From Trichoplax adhaerens (Eukaryota > Animalia > Placozoa): 64,000 bases of DNA. Of the stretch, positions 15,531 through 28,900 are shown one piece after another. The stretch spans positions 124,001 through 188,000 of the forward strand of contig NW_002060962.1 in assembly GCF_000150275.1 (NCBI RefSeq), read 5' to 3'. The notes under the pieces are model-generated. The model made no database searches, was not told the DNA's origin, and was given only the letters and a program-made list of their open reading frames with translations. The position numbers and the translations under genes are program-made. Position 1 is the stretch's first letter; every line of letters starts with the position of its first letter.

Positions 15531-15784
15531 AATGATGTAGTACAGTAATACGAGTTACGGCAATTTCGAGGGTTGATCGTTGATCTTTTGCATAGGATTG
15601 TTCAAATACTTTGCTGTAGCCCGTAGGATGCAGCCGATTGCACATAGACTTGCTGTACTTTAGGTACAGTATCAACGTACCGCGTTAAGCAGTATTAAAG
15701 GCATGTACTTGTGACATTATTTTTGCTAGCGATGTATTCCGCCGGTGGCTGAATAGGGCTAGGTAAGAACCGTTCGCAAAATTT

Positions 15785-18700
15785 ATGTCGCTCCTTGTTG
15801 CCTTGAGTATTGCTTGGATCAATCAGTGGATGGTCATGGGTGACATTATTATTGTACAGACTGCTATAAGTGTGGTACTGAGTAAGGAATACTGAGCATA
15901 GCTCAGTTCACCCCCATCCGCTTATAATCACAGACTCATACTAAGATCAATCCTGCGCCCATTTCATATGATACAGTATGGCTATCACAGCGCGGTCTGC
16001 AACATACTGTACAGGCATCGTGTTTAAGACGTAAAAAGATTTACAGTTAAAAGCTTTTAATATGTACTGTACACTGTACCCTACAGTATTTGTATTGTAC
16101 TGTTGATGACTGCCTAATGCTTACAGTACTTACACTACGGTGTACAGTACTATATATTGTGAATACATAAATATATACTGTACAGTATTCCTTAGTCCGG
16201 AGCCATTTCATCTTACGTAGAAATAGACGAAGGACGATTATTATTACAGTAATATCTAGATTTAAAAGTCATCAAGCAATGAATTATTATAATATAATCT
16301 TCTGTTTTTTAATCTTGGCTGTCCTAAAAGGCGTATGTGTCCATGGAGGTTAGTACGAATATTGCTGTATGGAGGATTAGTTTAGGGTATAGTGTGACAT
16401 GTCTGCAATTTGCACATTACTGTACAGCACATTCCTATCTAGCTAGTAGATTAGAATATCGCTTTCCAGTTTTTAAACGTATTCCGGGTGAAGGAAAGTA
16501 CTCGACGAGATTGCAATTCATCGGGATTCTGATGTATAATTTTATGAACTGATTTCCACTTCTAGTTACTTATTGCACGCTAGTAAGCTTGCAAACAAAT
16601 AATATCATGATTAGGCGAGACCGTGTAGTCTGATAAGATGGAGGTAATATTCGTACGTATGATTCAGATTGCAGATAAATCAATACTAAAGATAGATTGG
16701 AGACGATGGAGATACAGATAAATTGATGGGCGTATGTTTTTTACATTTCTACTATATTGTTAACGTAGCGTTACTGTTTAGAGATGTCGAAATGGTATGC
16801 AACAGTGCTACATCACGTCGAGTTGTTAACTATTTGTGTAAAGTTTTCATCGTTTTACGCGTATGTTTAACAGTTTATAAATTAATGATATGGTAATGGA
16901 TTGTGCTTCAACTCGACAGACATAGACGTGTTACTATATACTGATGGGATTGTATTTAGTCTCATAATCCTAACTGTACCTTTACTAACCTTCTATGACA
17001 GGGAAAGAAATGACATGCGGCTCTGCTGTTAAACTAGTCAATATAAAGTATAATGCTCGCTTACATTCCCACGATGTGAAATACGGTTCTGGTAGTGGAC
17101 AGCAGGTATGTGTTGATTTCATCTTCATTTATTGATCTGCTCTACAGATGATACTGTTGTAATACTGTATGTATATGCTGTAGACGTATATAAACTATGC
17201 ATGAATAAATCTCATTCTCTTAAACATCGTTATGAGTAATATAAGGAACAGGAAAGGAACTTTTGTTGTTGATGCTACCCCACTGCATTCTTGCATGCTA
17301 CGCCTGCAAATGTTGAGATTATTATTAACTTGTTACATATTCTGCAATATCACCATGCATAGTATCACTGCATAGCATGTAGATTTTACTTACTTACTCG
17401 CCTTCAGGTTTATGATTTACCTTTCTTACTACCTCCTCATGATTCTAGTCTGTCACTGGTCAACCAGCTAAAGATGATGTTAACAGCTATTGGATTATCA
17501 AGGGACCTCATGGTAAAGATTGTCTTCGAGGGTAAGGAGAATTGATAAAATTCGTGCGTTATGGTGTAGTAATACTGATATCGTCCATGGCATAATACTC
17601 TCTACAAAGCGGTAGAATCTATCTATTACATAAGGCATCATTCTTCCCCTTGCAACTAATTCCTCATGGAGTTATACCATGGACTCTTACATTTACTTGA
17701 TAAATGTAGAGATCCATGGTACAACTAAAATGTACATTAAGCGTATGTTATAATCAACTATGGAGTTTTGCAGTTGCATTGTCCATGTTGGACATGCTAG
17801 GCATCCATCATTGATTAGCTTCCAATAGGACACAGTATGGATATCATAATTTGTTATCATTTGTAATAATGACTATGGATTGTAAATGAGTGAATGAGCA
17901 CCAGTGTAGATGCGAATATGGCCAAGCTGTTGTCCAATCAAATTTCGCCACGAAGTGATGCGATGTCCCTAAATAGTACAAATAGTACAGTGCTGGAGTC
18001 AGCCAGTGTGAATGCTATACTTCTGAGTACTGTACTGTACAGTGTACAGTACAGTAGTAACGCTGACTGGATACTGTACTGTACCGTTCCGTACTGCATC
18101 GGTCCGTAACTGGTCCGTTCTGGTCTAGACCGGACCGATTTTTCAGGTTTGGTCCATACTGTTACTGTACTGCAGACACAGACTGACGTTGCCCGGAAGC
18201 TCGCAGCTTTTAAGAGTATATTGCAAATATATACTTCTTATACACGTATATAAATAATACAAATTATTTATATTATCAATTAATTATAACGTATATATAC
18301 AATCATCTCATTCATGGCTAGTTCGCGCTTGAAATGAAACACAGTTTTGCTCTAGTTTAGTAATGTTACTACGAAATCCTTATCGAGTTACGGCCTATGC
18401 AAGTGCTATTTTGATTGCATTGATCTATCTCATTATATACTATACGTATTCTAATAAAATCTGTATTTTTCCTTTATTAATCAATTTTGAAGGACTGCAA
18501 TCAAGTGTGGTGCTACGATTCGGTTAATGCACGCTGCAACTGAAAGCCATCTTCATAGCCATCATTTCCCATCTCCTCTTTCTCATAATAAAGAAGTTAG
18601 TTGTTTTGGTGGTAAAGACAAAGGGGATCACTTAGACAATTGGATGGTAGTTTGCAATACCAATCGCAAATATTGGATGCGCGATGAACAGATTCGCCTA

Positions 18701-19097
18701 AAACATGTAGAATTAGCAAGGTATGTGCAGTAAATGTCAGATATATTTTACAATGGTACTTTTATGCTATACCTAACTCTGATCATAAATTAATAGTTAA
18801 TATTTCAATTAATGCGATAAATAGCCACAATTTTGTAACCTGTTTCACTATATTACACATGTTTAGTTATTTGCATCTAACTGGTGACGTTTTCGGCCGA
18901 CCAATAAACGGCCAGTACGAAATTTCTGGATATCATGCTACGGAGCGTGGTAACTTATGGAAGGCTGCGGTAGGTCCATGTTATATTAATGTTTTACATT
19001 GATGATAAAAGAGGGTCGATTATAATTATTGGAAAGGCAACTCTGATAGTTATTAATCTTATAGGAGGGTGTATACCTTACTGCCAAGAAAAACTAA
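15785..19097 (+). CDS. SDF2: Stromal cell-derived factor 2 / SDF2L1-family ER MIR-domain protein, about 6 exons
   Basis: Putative signal exon MSLLVALSIAWINQWMVM (15785-15839); 17002-17105 (MTCGSAVKL...RLHSHDVKYGSGSGQQ); 17449-17531 (SVTG...DVNSYW); 18493-18721 (IRLMH...LHSHHFPSPLS..EVSCFG..GDHLDNW); 18868-18969 (FGRPINGQYEI); 19065-19097 (EGVYLTAKKN*). Confidence 0.93.
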
Positions 19098-19996
19098 GAA
19101 AGCTACAATCCTATGATCGTAAAACATACGCCCGAATATAAAATCGTGTTCACATTGTAACTATAGAAATTGAATCTCATACATGTTATCTAACTACATA
19201 GAAATTGCGTTAATGAAAGTTTAGGTATGAAAATACTCTTTCATTTGCGCAGCATAGCTGGTATGATTAAGTCCTGTTGGCGAAAGAATTCTCCATGCCA
19301 GATAGAATTGTAGCATCTACAGATGCTTTGATAACCTTAAGATCATACAATACTGATAATTCGTGTTTTAGCATGCTGTTACCAAATTTATATTGTAGTA
19401 AATACTGTAACAAAGTACGCGTACTCGTGAATCAATACGACATACTGTATAGCTGATTTTATCAGTCGTAACTCACATATTACACTGCGATGATGTCGAT
19501 TTAGAAATATACAACAATAAGGTGAGGAACCTTCTGATTTACTAAAGTTCAATGTTTTCCTTTTTATTAACCTCAATAAACTTGGATTCACACATTTGTA
19601 AGCATACTTGTAATGAATGGCTATTTCGATAGATATATGCAATGTACTGTACATTGTAATATAAATCAGAACTTGTTGCTCATAGGCTGCTTTTGCAACT
19701 AATTAATAGTATATAGTTAAAGAGCAATCTCCCTAATTAGTCAGCTGCAAAGCTGAATGGTCTATGGTAAATTGACGAAATTCTTATCGACATCATGTAG
19801 CAGAAAATAACATCATAACTTTTTTAAATAAGTCACAAAAATTTATATCAAATACTGCAAACCTTTAATAAATTCTATATATTTTATACATTATAACTAC
19901 ATGTAGATAATAGATAGATTATAGTAACATAAAACTTCTTACGGCATAAGTTATATCAAATAGTGATATATAGGTAGTTGTAAATCATCTTTTAAT

Positions 19997-22900
19997 TAGC
20001 GAGACTTGTTACTAGCCTTCTTGGAATGAAGCCAGTAGCTATCATGAATAGAAAAAGCATCCACTGATACAGATAAAACTTTTGATGGTATCTCACGGAA
20101 TTGTTTAGCTCCGGTATAGTACCTATGTGCAATTGATCGGAAATGTTCAGTCATAGACTAATTCAAATGAGATCTTACGATGGTATACGTACATAAACGA
20201 TAAAGTTAGCTTTTCGCATAAGCTATAACTATATACATAATTATATTCTTGTAAGCACGAATGCAATAACCGTACGTATTACCATGGACCTCTAGAGATT
20301 CTAGAGGTCCACGGTATTACAGCGAACTTACTTAAAGGATTTTTCAATCATATTCGGAAGCACAAGCCTTGGTCCAGTACCGAATATTTTTTCGGCCTAG
20401 GGGTAAGCAGGTATTTAAAAAATCAACTTAATCCATATTATACTTCCATTTACTACACTAAAAGTTGACAAATATCTAGCAGACTGATAAATCTAAACTT
20501 CCTAAATTGTTACCTCCTCAATGTCATGAAAAAATGCATACAATCCACGAAATTTGCTGCCATTTTGATCTCGAAAAAGTACCATAAAAATGCTTGCATC
20601 TGATTCTTCCATTGCCTAGTAAAAAAAAGTGAGAGTTTAATCGATGGTGAATACTTATGATTTATATTGCATATACATGATACAGTCAAATATATATATG
20701 TACTTAGTGTATATTTACTGCCAAGTTAATAATCCTATGTAATTTTCAACTTTATAAAACCTTTTTCGCATAAATGATTTTACAAGAGTATTTACAATAA
20801 TTAATTATTGGTGACCATATATCCTATGACTTAAACTTTTATGTCGTAGATTTGTATAATATAATCTTCATGTTAAGAAAGTATATAATCAAATTATTAA
20901 AACGCATCACTTCTAACTCTTTTAACAAATATTTCTGGTGTTGCCTACCGACAAAGCGTGTTCACGTTGATCCTTATTTACAGTTCCAGCCAAACAGACA
21001 TACTCTAATGCATTTATCAACACTTTTTTATTAGACTTCACTGACGGTTTGACATAACACGGAAGTGCACCTTAGATAAATATCAATGATATCAACTCGT
21101 TAGTATCCAAAAGTTTCCAGCTGAAATACGTGTGTCCTGTACAGTATACTGAACCGTAGAGGGATTACTGTTATAGAATAGCACATTAGTAACAAGACAA
21201 TTTAATGTATTTACCACTTTCTGATCCGAGAGAATTTATAGAATTAGACGATCCATAGCGAGAGCTTGCAGCCGATAATGCTCCAGGGGTTGCTGCTTTA
21301 CTGCTACCTCGAATCTTAGAGCCAATGCCATCGCTTTCATGACGTTGAGAATTTCTCGATGGCGATGCAGCTACTGCTCGTGAACATTGATAAATTTGAA
21401 GTACAATAAGTATAAGAAAAAGTTTAGACTAAGTAGATAATGCCGTTATTAATATATGTGATAGTGTATAACCTTTCCCCCGATTCGAAGCAGAAGTATT
21501 TCTGGTATGATTTTTAGGTGGTAGCTGTGACGCTTCCGAATGACCTTTAGACGTAGTCTTTTTATCAGCCATGGCTTTGGCAGCACGGCTTAACGTCGTG
21601 TATGTAGATGTACCCTGACTACCATCACGGTGTCCTTTTGCTTCCATACGGTGCGCTTGAATTTTTTTTCTAATAAATATACAAAGTAAATAATTACATA
21701 CAAAAACTGTTATGAAGGTGCTATGAGTACATCGAAGCAACAATATTCGATTCTAATGCTCGCACATATCATGATTACCGTCTTTCTTCTATCTTTTTTT
21801 CGTGCGCTTGATGTGCTGCCTCTCGCTTGGCTTTATCTTCTTGTTCTTTTTGATGACGAAGTCGTTCAAATTTAACCATCCGCTACAAGATTTAATCATA
21901 ATATTTTCAAACAGTTACTACGCGTTTATGATTTAATCGTACTAACATAATACTATAGTTTATATGTAACAATAGATGTTACTGATTCGTAATATTATAT
22001 CTCTTACATGCTTGTTTTCGTTCTCATCTTCAGTAATAAATTCAAATCCTTTAGATTCTTTTGATTCATCACAACTAGAATTATTACAATTTCCGTGGAC
22101 ACCAGTTTTCTTTGTTGAAACTTCCTCATCAAGTTTATGTTCATTTTCTAATTTTTCAGCTTTTTTACTTTCAACTGTTTTTGAACCTGAACTGACATCT
22201 CTTTTATTGCTCTCAGGATTAAATTTACTCGGTCTGTTACTACCAGATCCAGTTCGACTGCGATGACTATCGAGCTTTTTATTGGCAATTGGTGAATTTT
22301 TACGCCCATGTGTCAAATCTCTATTCGGTTTAGGGGAATGTGAACGGGCTTTACTCTCAGATGCAAGATTTCTTTTTCCTGCGGCGCCAGCAGAGACTGC
22401 CTGATGACCTTGGGGTGTTGTATTTTTCGAACTGTGCGGGCTAGAAGGAATGGTCTTGCAGGACGATGATACTTTTTCTTGATTTCGAGGACTAATAGAG
22501 TTTAATTTTCCTTTACGATCGCCTTGCATCTGGTTTGGGGACCCAGCAGGGGAAGATAATTTGTTTTGTTCTTGGGTTTTGAGAGATTTAGGTCGGGCTT
22601 TCACTCTTCTAGTTGTACTGTCATCGATGTTGACTTCGAAAGATAGGCCTGTAGGCTTGGAATTGCCAGTATATTCATCGTGTTCTTCTTTCGTATTTAC
22701 TTTAATCCCTAGAATTTTAAAAAATGTATGTTGCATAACATTTTCCTTATCAGTAACAAACTGCCGTTTAAGTTCTTCATCCTGTGCAGTTATCGCTTGT
22801 CTTATTGACGTCATTTTTAATTGAGCTTCATTTAATTTGATCATGTCTGCTTTGGACATCTTGCTTATTGCAGCCGAGTAATTATTACTAGTTTCGTCTG

Positions 22901-25900
22901 CATCTGTATTGTTTTCTGATACCTGTGGAGCAGTGATAAAGTCTGAATTTGAGCTGATAATATTAACTTCAGAGTCATCTAAGTTAGTTATTTCTGGGTT
23001 GGATAAATGATTGTCAGTAACTTTTGTTGATAATTCAACTTGAGCATCTTCATCATCGAGAGAAAAGCTATCAGAGAGTTCTACTTTCGAAAGCAAATTG
23101 GACTTTATTGAATTGTCGTGCGATTCATTCGGTATGCGACTGTCAGCGGTAGAGGTAACGCTGTAGCTGCTAGAGCAGATGTGCGTCTTCCTATTGCCAT
23201 TCCCTTAACAAGCAAGTCGAAAGTTTTGAAGTTTTAAGTGTGCTAGGTGAATATTTTTAAGGCTAAGTTAAATAATGGTTATACTTACTATCATACTCGA
23301 AGAGACGAAAAAATTCAGAAAGGAATGCTACGATATTAGATTTTAACATCGTAAATCCGTACACGATGTCTTCAATTGAGGGAAAATGCATTTTACGCGA
23401 TAGTTGTTGTAAACATATATTTCGAATCAGTGATAAATTTTCGAGTTTTTGTTCAAACGAAGGCTTGTTATGGTGAATATCTAAAATCAGTTAAATGAGC
23501 ATGTGCAGCATAAGTGATGACTTTAGTGCATAATACGTTTTTGGTAATAGCCTAGTACGCAAAGTAAACATTGCACGTTAGGATCTACGGTAGTTCCTAG
23601 CTCTAAATTTAGCTCCAACGTTACAAAGATTTCGTGCAAAAGCAAACAAAAACGTGCATTGACAATTTTACAAATATCAATAATATGGAACTACAATAAT
23701 TCGGTATAACGCTAGCGTAAATAGAAAATTCGGTGTAATAAGTTGTTATGAACTGTATTTGTAGCATAGTTATACAAGGAGTAAGAACTCTGCACAAAAA
23801 TATGCATTAATATTCGGCTTTAATACGCGCATATATATTGAATATTAATAAATATTATGAGAGCGAAAAGATTTAGTCAGCTTAATATGGTAGATGAGAT
23901 CAAAAATGGATTCTTATTAACTACTTTATCTCGGTCAATATCGTAACACTAACTAAATATACAGATATCGATACAGCAATGCTTACGAAGCACGTCATGT
24001 TAGATGATAACCGATATTAATTTGTAACATACGCTGTTGCTTTAAAAACGCAATAGCTGACTAAATTATATTGCATGGCATAGCACGGTAATTACCTGCT
24101 AAGTCGATTAAATTAGGTTTGTAGTAGCTGATAACAGCTGCTAGACAGCAACCACTACCCAAATCTTTCAAAAGGTCAAACATATTGGGGATCGTCGGTA
24201 TGTTAGTATCCTTATTACTTTCATTCACTAAGTCACATATTAAGTTGATCCATGTTAATAGAGCTTCTTCAAGGTTCGACAGTGATTCGTTTGCTATATG
24301 TTCACGAGCGCCATCTAACCTCCTATTAATAGTTATTTAATTGCAGCTTTTTAACGTGAAGTAGTTACTGTAAAATTAAATCTCAAAGAGGGAATTTATA
24401 CTTAAGAAACACCTTCGCATAATCACTTTTCGTATACAGAAAATACTTATGTTACATATCGGATATTGACTAATACCTTAAGGAATCAGTGAAAGCTGAG
24501 ACGCTAACGATATTATTCACATAGGCATCCATCATCGCATCAATTAATGTCGTATGGGAAGCCTATCGCATGGATTTACATGATGAAGAGATAGGACAAT
24601 TATGAGATACAAGTTTAATATAATTCGCTGTTAAACATATGATATAAATTAAGAGAGTACAAGTTTCAAAATTTACGTTAAAGTTGGTAAATTCGTATTA
24701 ATAATGTCTACATGATTGCACTTTATTACAATATTGCATTAAAATTTCGAGTTCCTTACCACATGTAGAGCACTACGTCTATTAAGTAATTCCAATGAAA
24801 TTGATGCAATAGGATTTTGTTCAGCATTGTGACCTAATTTTCCCAATTTACGGATAACACTCTCATGTGTAGTGCTGCCATTAGAAGGTGGTGTAGGTGC
24901 ACTTTCTTCAAATAAATTTGCATAAACATCTTCATAAATCGCACCAGATGTTAATAAATCGATAGTAACTGGATCGTTGGGATCGAAGTCCTAATCAAAT
25001 TATAAAGGTTTTACTTTAAAAAGTTCAATACTTAAATTTTAACATTCGAAAAACGATTTTACAAAAGGATTAAGTCTTCAGACCTTTAAGTAAAGTTGAA
25101 TATGCCTATCATAACAATCGAAATCGTAAAACATCACAGTGGATATAATGCTTTGGCGACTAGAACTTACTGAAGGATAAATTTATTGTGTTGTTGCTAC
25201 TACTATATTATACAATGATTTTGTGATTTCTCCTCCTTCATGAATACAGAACAGTTTAATCGCTAGAATTGAGCGGTGAGGAAAATCTTGAAATAAAATT
25301 ACTGCGTAATTTAATACTAAGATAGGCAGTACGACAGAAATTTAAATACTGCAATTTTATTTAAGGGTAAATACTAGTATGCACACATACAAATGTTAAC
25401 GCACCGTTTCAATGAAATAAGAACCGATGCCGGTATTTATCATCAATTATCATTAAATCTAGTTTATTATGATGATGAATGATTTCTTAGACGGACTTAT
25501 GGACGAGTGGTGATTATATTTGTAAAAACTGACTATAGATAAACTATGACAGTAAATTGGCAAGTATAGGAGACGATAGTTTGTATTAGTTCCTTTTCTT
25601 AATGAATAAATTAGTAAATTTAATACGAGATCCAAAGCTAATATTCATGCAATACTATTATACAGATTTTACCTGTAATATTACTCTCTGATCTTAATTT
25701 ATCTATAACTACTAACTGCTGCGATTTGACAAGTGTGTTATAATCGCTTCTTTTACTGCCATTATATAGATATATGCACATTTAATTGTATTATCTAGGA
25801 TCCAGATGTTTTTGTTACTGGTTTACCGATCGATCATGCATTACTTTAAGACATTACATCGGATAGAGAAATGAGAAAATAGTTTATGAGTTTTAACAAT

Positions 25901-28900
25901 TACATTCTCACAAAATTAGAATATTTCACAATCTATTCTTCTTTTGTAAAGGCTTTTTTTTATACGTCCTCAATTAAACCGTATAGTACTTAGATACAGA
26001 AGATATAGGTTGTGATAATTGAAAATTTTGGGTGAAATCTTGAAAGGGATTATAACTTGAGAACTTTAGCTCTCTTATGTGTCTCTAGTAATTATTAATT
26101 ATGGTTATACAGTACTGTATAATACGCAGATTAATAGATAATACAAAATCCATTGTACAATACAGTAGTTGATATTATTGCGTAAAATGTTGAAAAAGGA
26201 TTATAACTTTTAAGATTTTGGTATTTTTTCTTCTTGTACGCCTCAAATATGTAATTTTACAATCTACAAATTACACAGAATCTATGTTATGATAGTTGAG
26301 AACTTGAGGTTTCTGGGTAAATTATTGAAAGTAATATAATTTGTAGATTTTAGTATTTCATCTTTTTTTTGGATCTAAATGCTTCTATAACGTGTGGATG
26401 ATATGAGATTTTGTGGTATAACCGTTGATATTTCTTGGTAAAAATGTGGAAAGAAATTATAACTTGTAGATTTTAGCGTTCAATCCTCTTAAGCTATCCA
26501 AAATAATTTTTGAATGCTTCAATACAGTATATGAGATTGATAACTTGACACTTTCTGGGTAAATTTTTGAAAAGGATTTACGTATTTCCTGAAAGTTTAC
26601 TGTCCTATAATTGTCATTGTGAATTACATTTTAATATAAGAAATGCAATGATAATAATTTAATTAAGAATAAAGATGTCAATTTATCAATTGTTGTGGTG
26701 TATTTTAAAAGGGAAACCTTAACGAATGCCGGCCGGTTATTACAATATAAGAGTGCCATTCTTGTATAAAAAAGTGACGGAGTGTCAACTTTTGAGCAGC
26801 GTTGACGTTATACAAATTAAGAAAGTGCAGATATATACTCAGTATTATGTTACATATCGAGAACATAACTGAAGATTGAATAAGAAAATAAACTATCACA
26901 AGCGATATCAATAACAATTTTTGAGTTCATTACTATTATTTTAATGACCTTCTCGGTTGTATATCAGTTATCAGTCAATTTAAAGGATGAGAATTTTTGA
27001 TCGGACAAGATTTTGATTGTTGTAATTGATACTGAAAATTGCTTTCGCATCATTTGATTGTAGTGTTATCAAACCAATTAAACGAGTAGGTAAATAATGT
27101 TTCCAGTAAGATGTACGGTAAAATAAGAGGCCAATGCAATAAATATATTTATAGCCGTCGCGAAATAACATGTAGGCTACGATGTTCAATTTTATATTCA
27201 CTAAGGTAATGTACGTGCATGTATATCCAAATCATTTTTCGATCGAAAGTTAGCACTAAATACGTGTGCCGTGGATAAGTTGATTTATATTGTCACTGTC
27301 AAATACAGTTTCATCTTTACACTTCTCCAGCACTATAGAATTCAGTTATAATATGATATTACGTTATTAGTATCTGAATAACAGTCAATTAGTTACGCTC
27401 TAATTGCCTGAAGGTGTATTGGGTAAACCATATGTAAGAAAATTGGTCATGGGCGTAGTTTTGCACATCAATACATTTTCCCAGACTTGCCAGAATATCG
27501 TACAGTATCTAAGCTTGTAAAGTTTGGATAAAGTCTTGAACTACTTTATGATTGTAATGGAATAGTACCTTTGTATATACCTATGTAGCATCTTATACAA
27601 GTATCGGTGGATAATTTAAAAGGGTAGTATCTATCAAATCTTTATTAACAATTTGCATTCAGGAGTAGACATGGTAGAAACAAGAGAGACACATACACTC
27701 GAGGTCGTCCATTAATACAGGCACTGTACTACCGCTATTGGATTATTTTAAAAAGAATAAAAGTAATTGTAATAACATGCACGATGACTACTCTTTTAAA
27801 CGGTATAAAAAAAAAGTTGACATGCTGTCAACGCCAATGAGACATGTGGAATAATTCTCAGCAGGGTTTAAATTGTACGTTAAGCCACTAGCTTAGGGTA
27901 AACATTCGACTATCCAACAAGGGTATTTGATAACATACGAGTAAGTTGTTACATGTCGTATCCAGGCAAAATATGAACAAAACAGATTCTCTAGAAAGTT
28001 TAAACTAATACGCTATGTCACTAACTCAGGATAAGCATTGCTCAATTATGTAATAAAAGCATTCTGGTGACATTAGTTCAGTTCTATACATCTAGTAGAA
28101 ATATAAGCAAATGAATGTTTTGTGGAAGTAGATTCGCAAATCAAGCGATATCCCTATACATTCATAATAATTATATACATTGTATCGAATAAAAACTGGA
28201 GTAAAGTATGATAGAGTCTAGGTCGTTTAATAAGTTTCACAATAATAACAAACTCTATAATACCGTAGTAGAATTTGCTATATTGCAAATAGATATTGAG
28301 TATTCCATAGTACGGAATTCTTACTGAGAAGGCAATATCTGAGGGTAATGATGTATTTACAAGTATACCGGGTATGTTAAGAGTCTAACTCGTTTGACAA
28401 GCTGGACAAGAATAACAAACTCTTTTGTGGTAGGAATTAGCCATACTGTATGTAGACGTTTATTGTTCCACACTCAAGAAGGCACCATCTGAGAAGGCAA
28501 TGGTGTATTTACTACAAGTATACCGGGTATGATAGAGTCCAACTCGTTTGATAAGCTTGACAAGAATAACAAACTCTTTTGTGGTAGGAATTAGCCATAC
28601 TGTATGTAGACGTTTATTGTTCCACACTTAAGAAGGCAGCATCTGAAAGCAATACTGTATTTAAAATTATTTACAACGAGTTTTAGAAGCTACAGTATTT
28701 TAGTCCATTTCAATCTGGTAATGGCTACAAAGCCAGCACTGAGCAGTGATATTGTGGAATGATGATGATTGCTCATTTGAAATATTTACAAAGTGACTGT
28801 GAATTGGATAAATTTAGAAGAAATTTATATAATAATAATAATAATAATACTGTGCATTACTGCTGAATTTGTATTGATGGCGTAGTCTTGGTGTATATGA

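Noticed and set aside
21976-22824. Plus-strand ORFs of 96 and 87 aa
   Set aside because: They are antisense shadows of the large CAMSAP exon.
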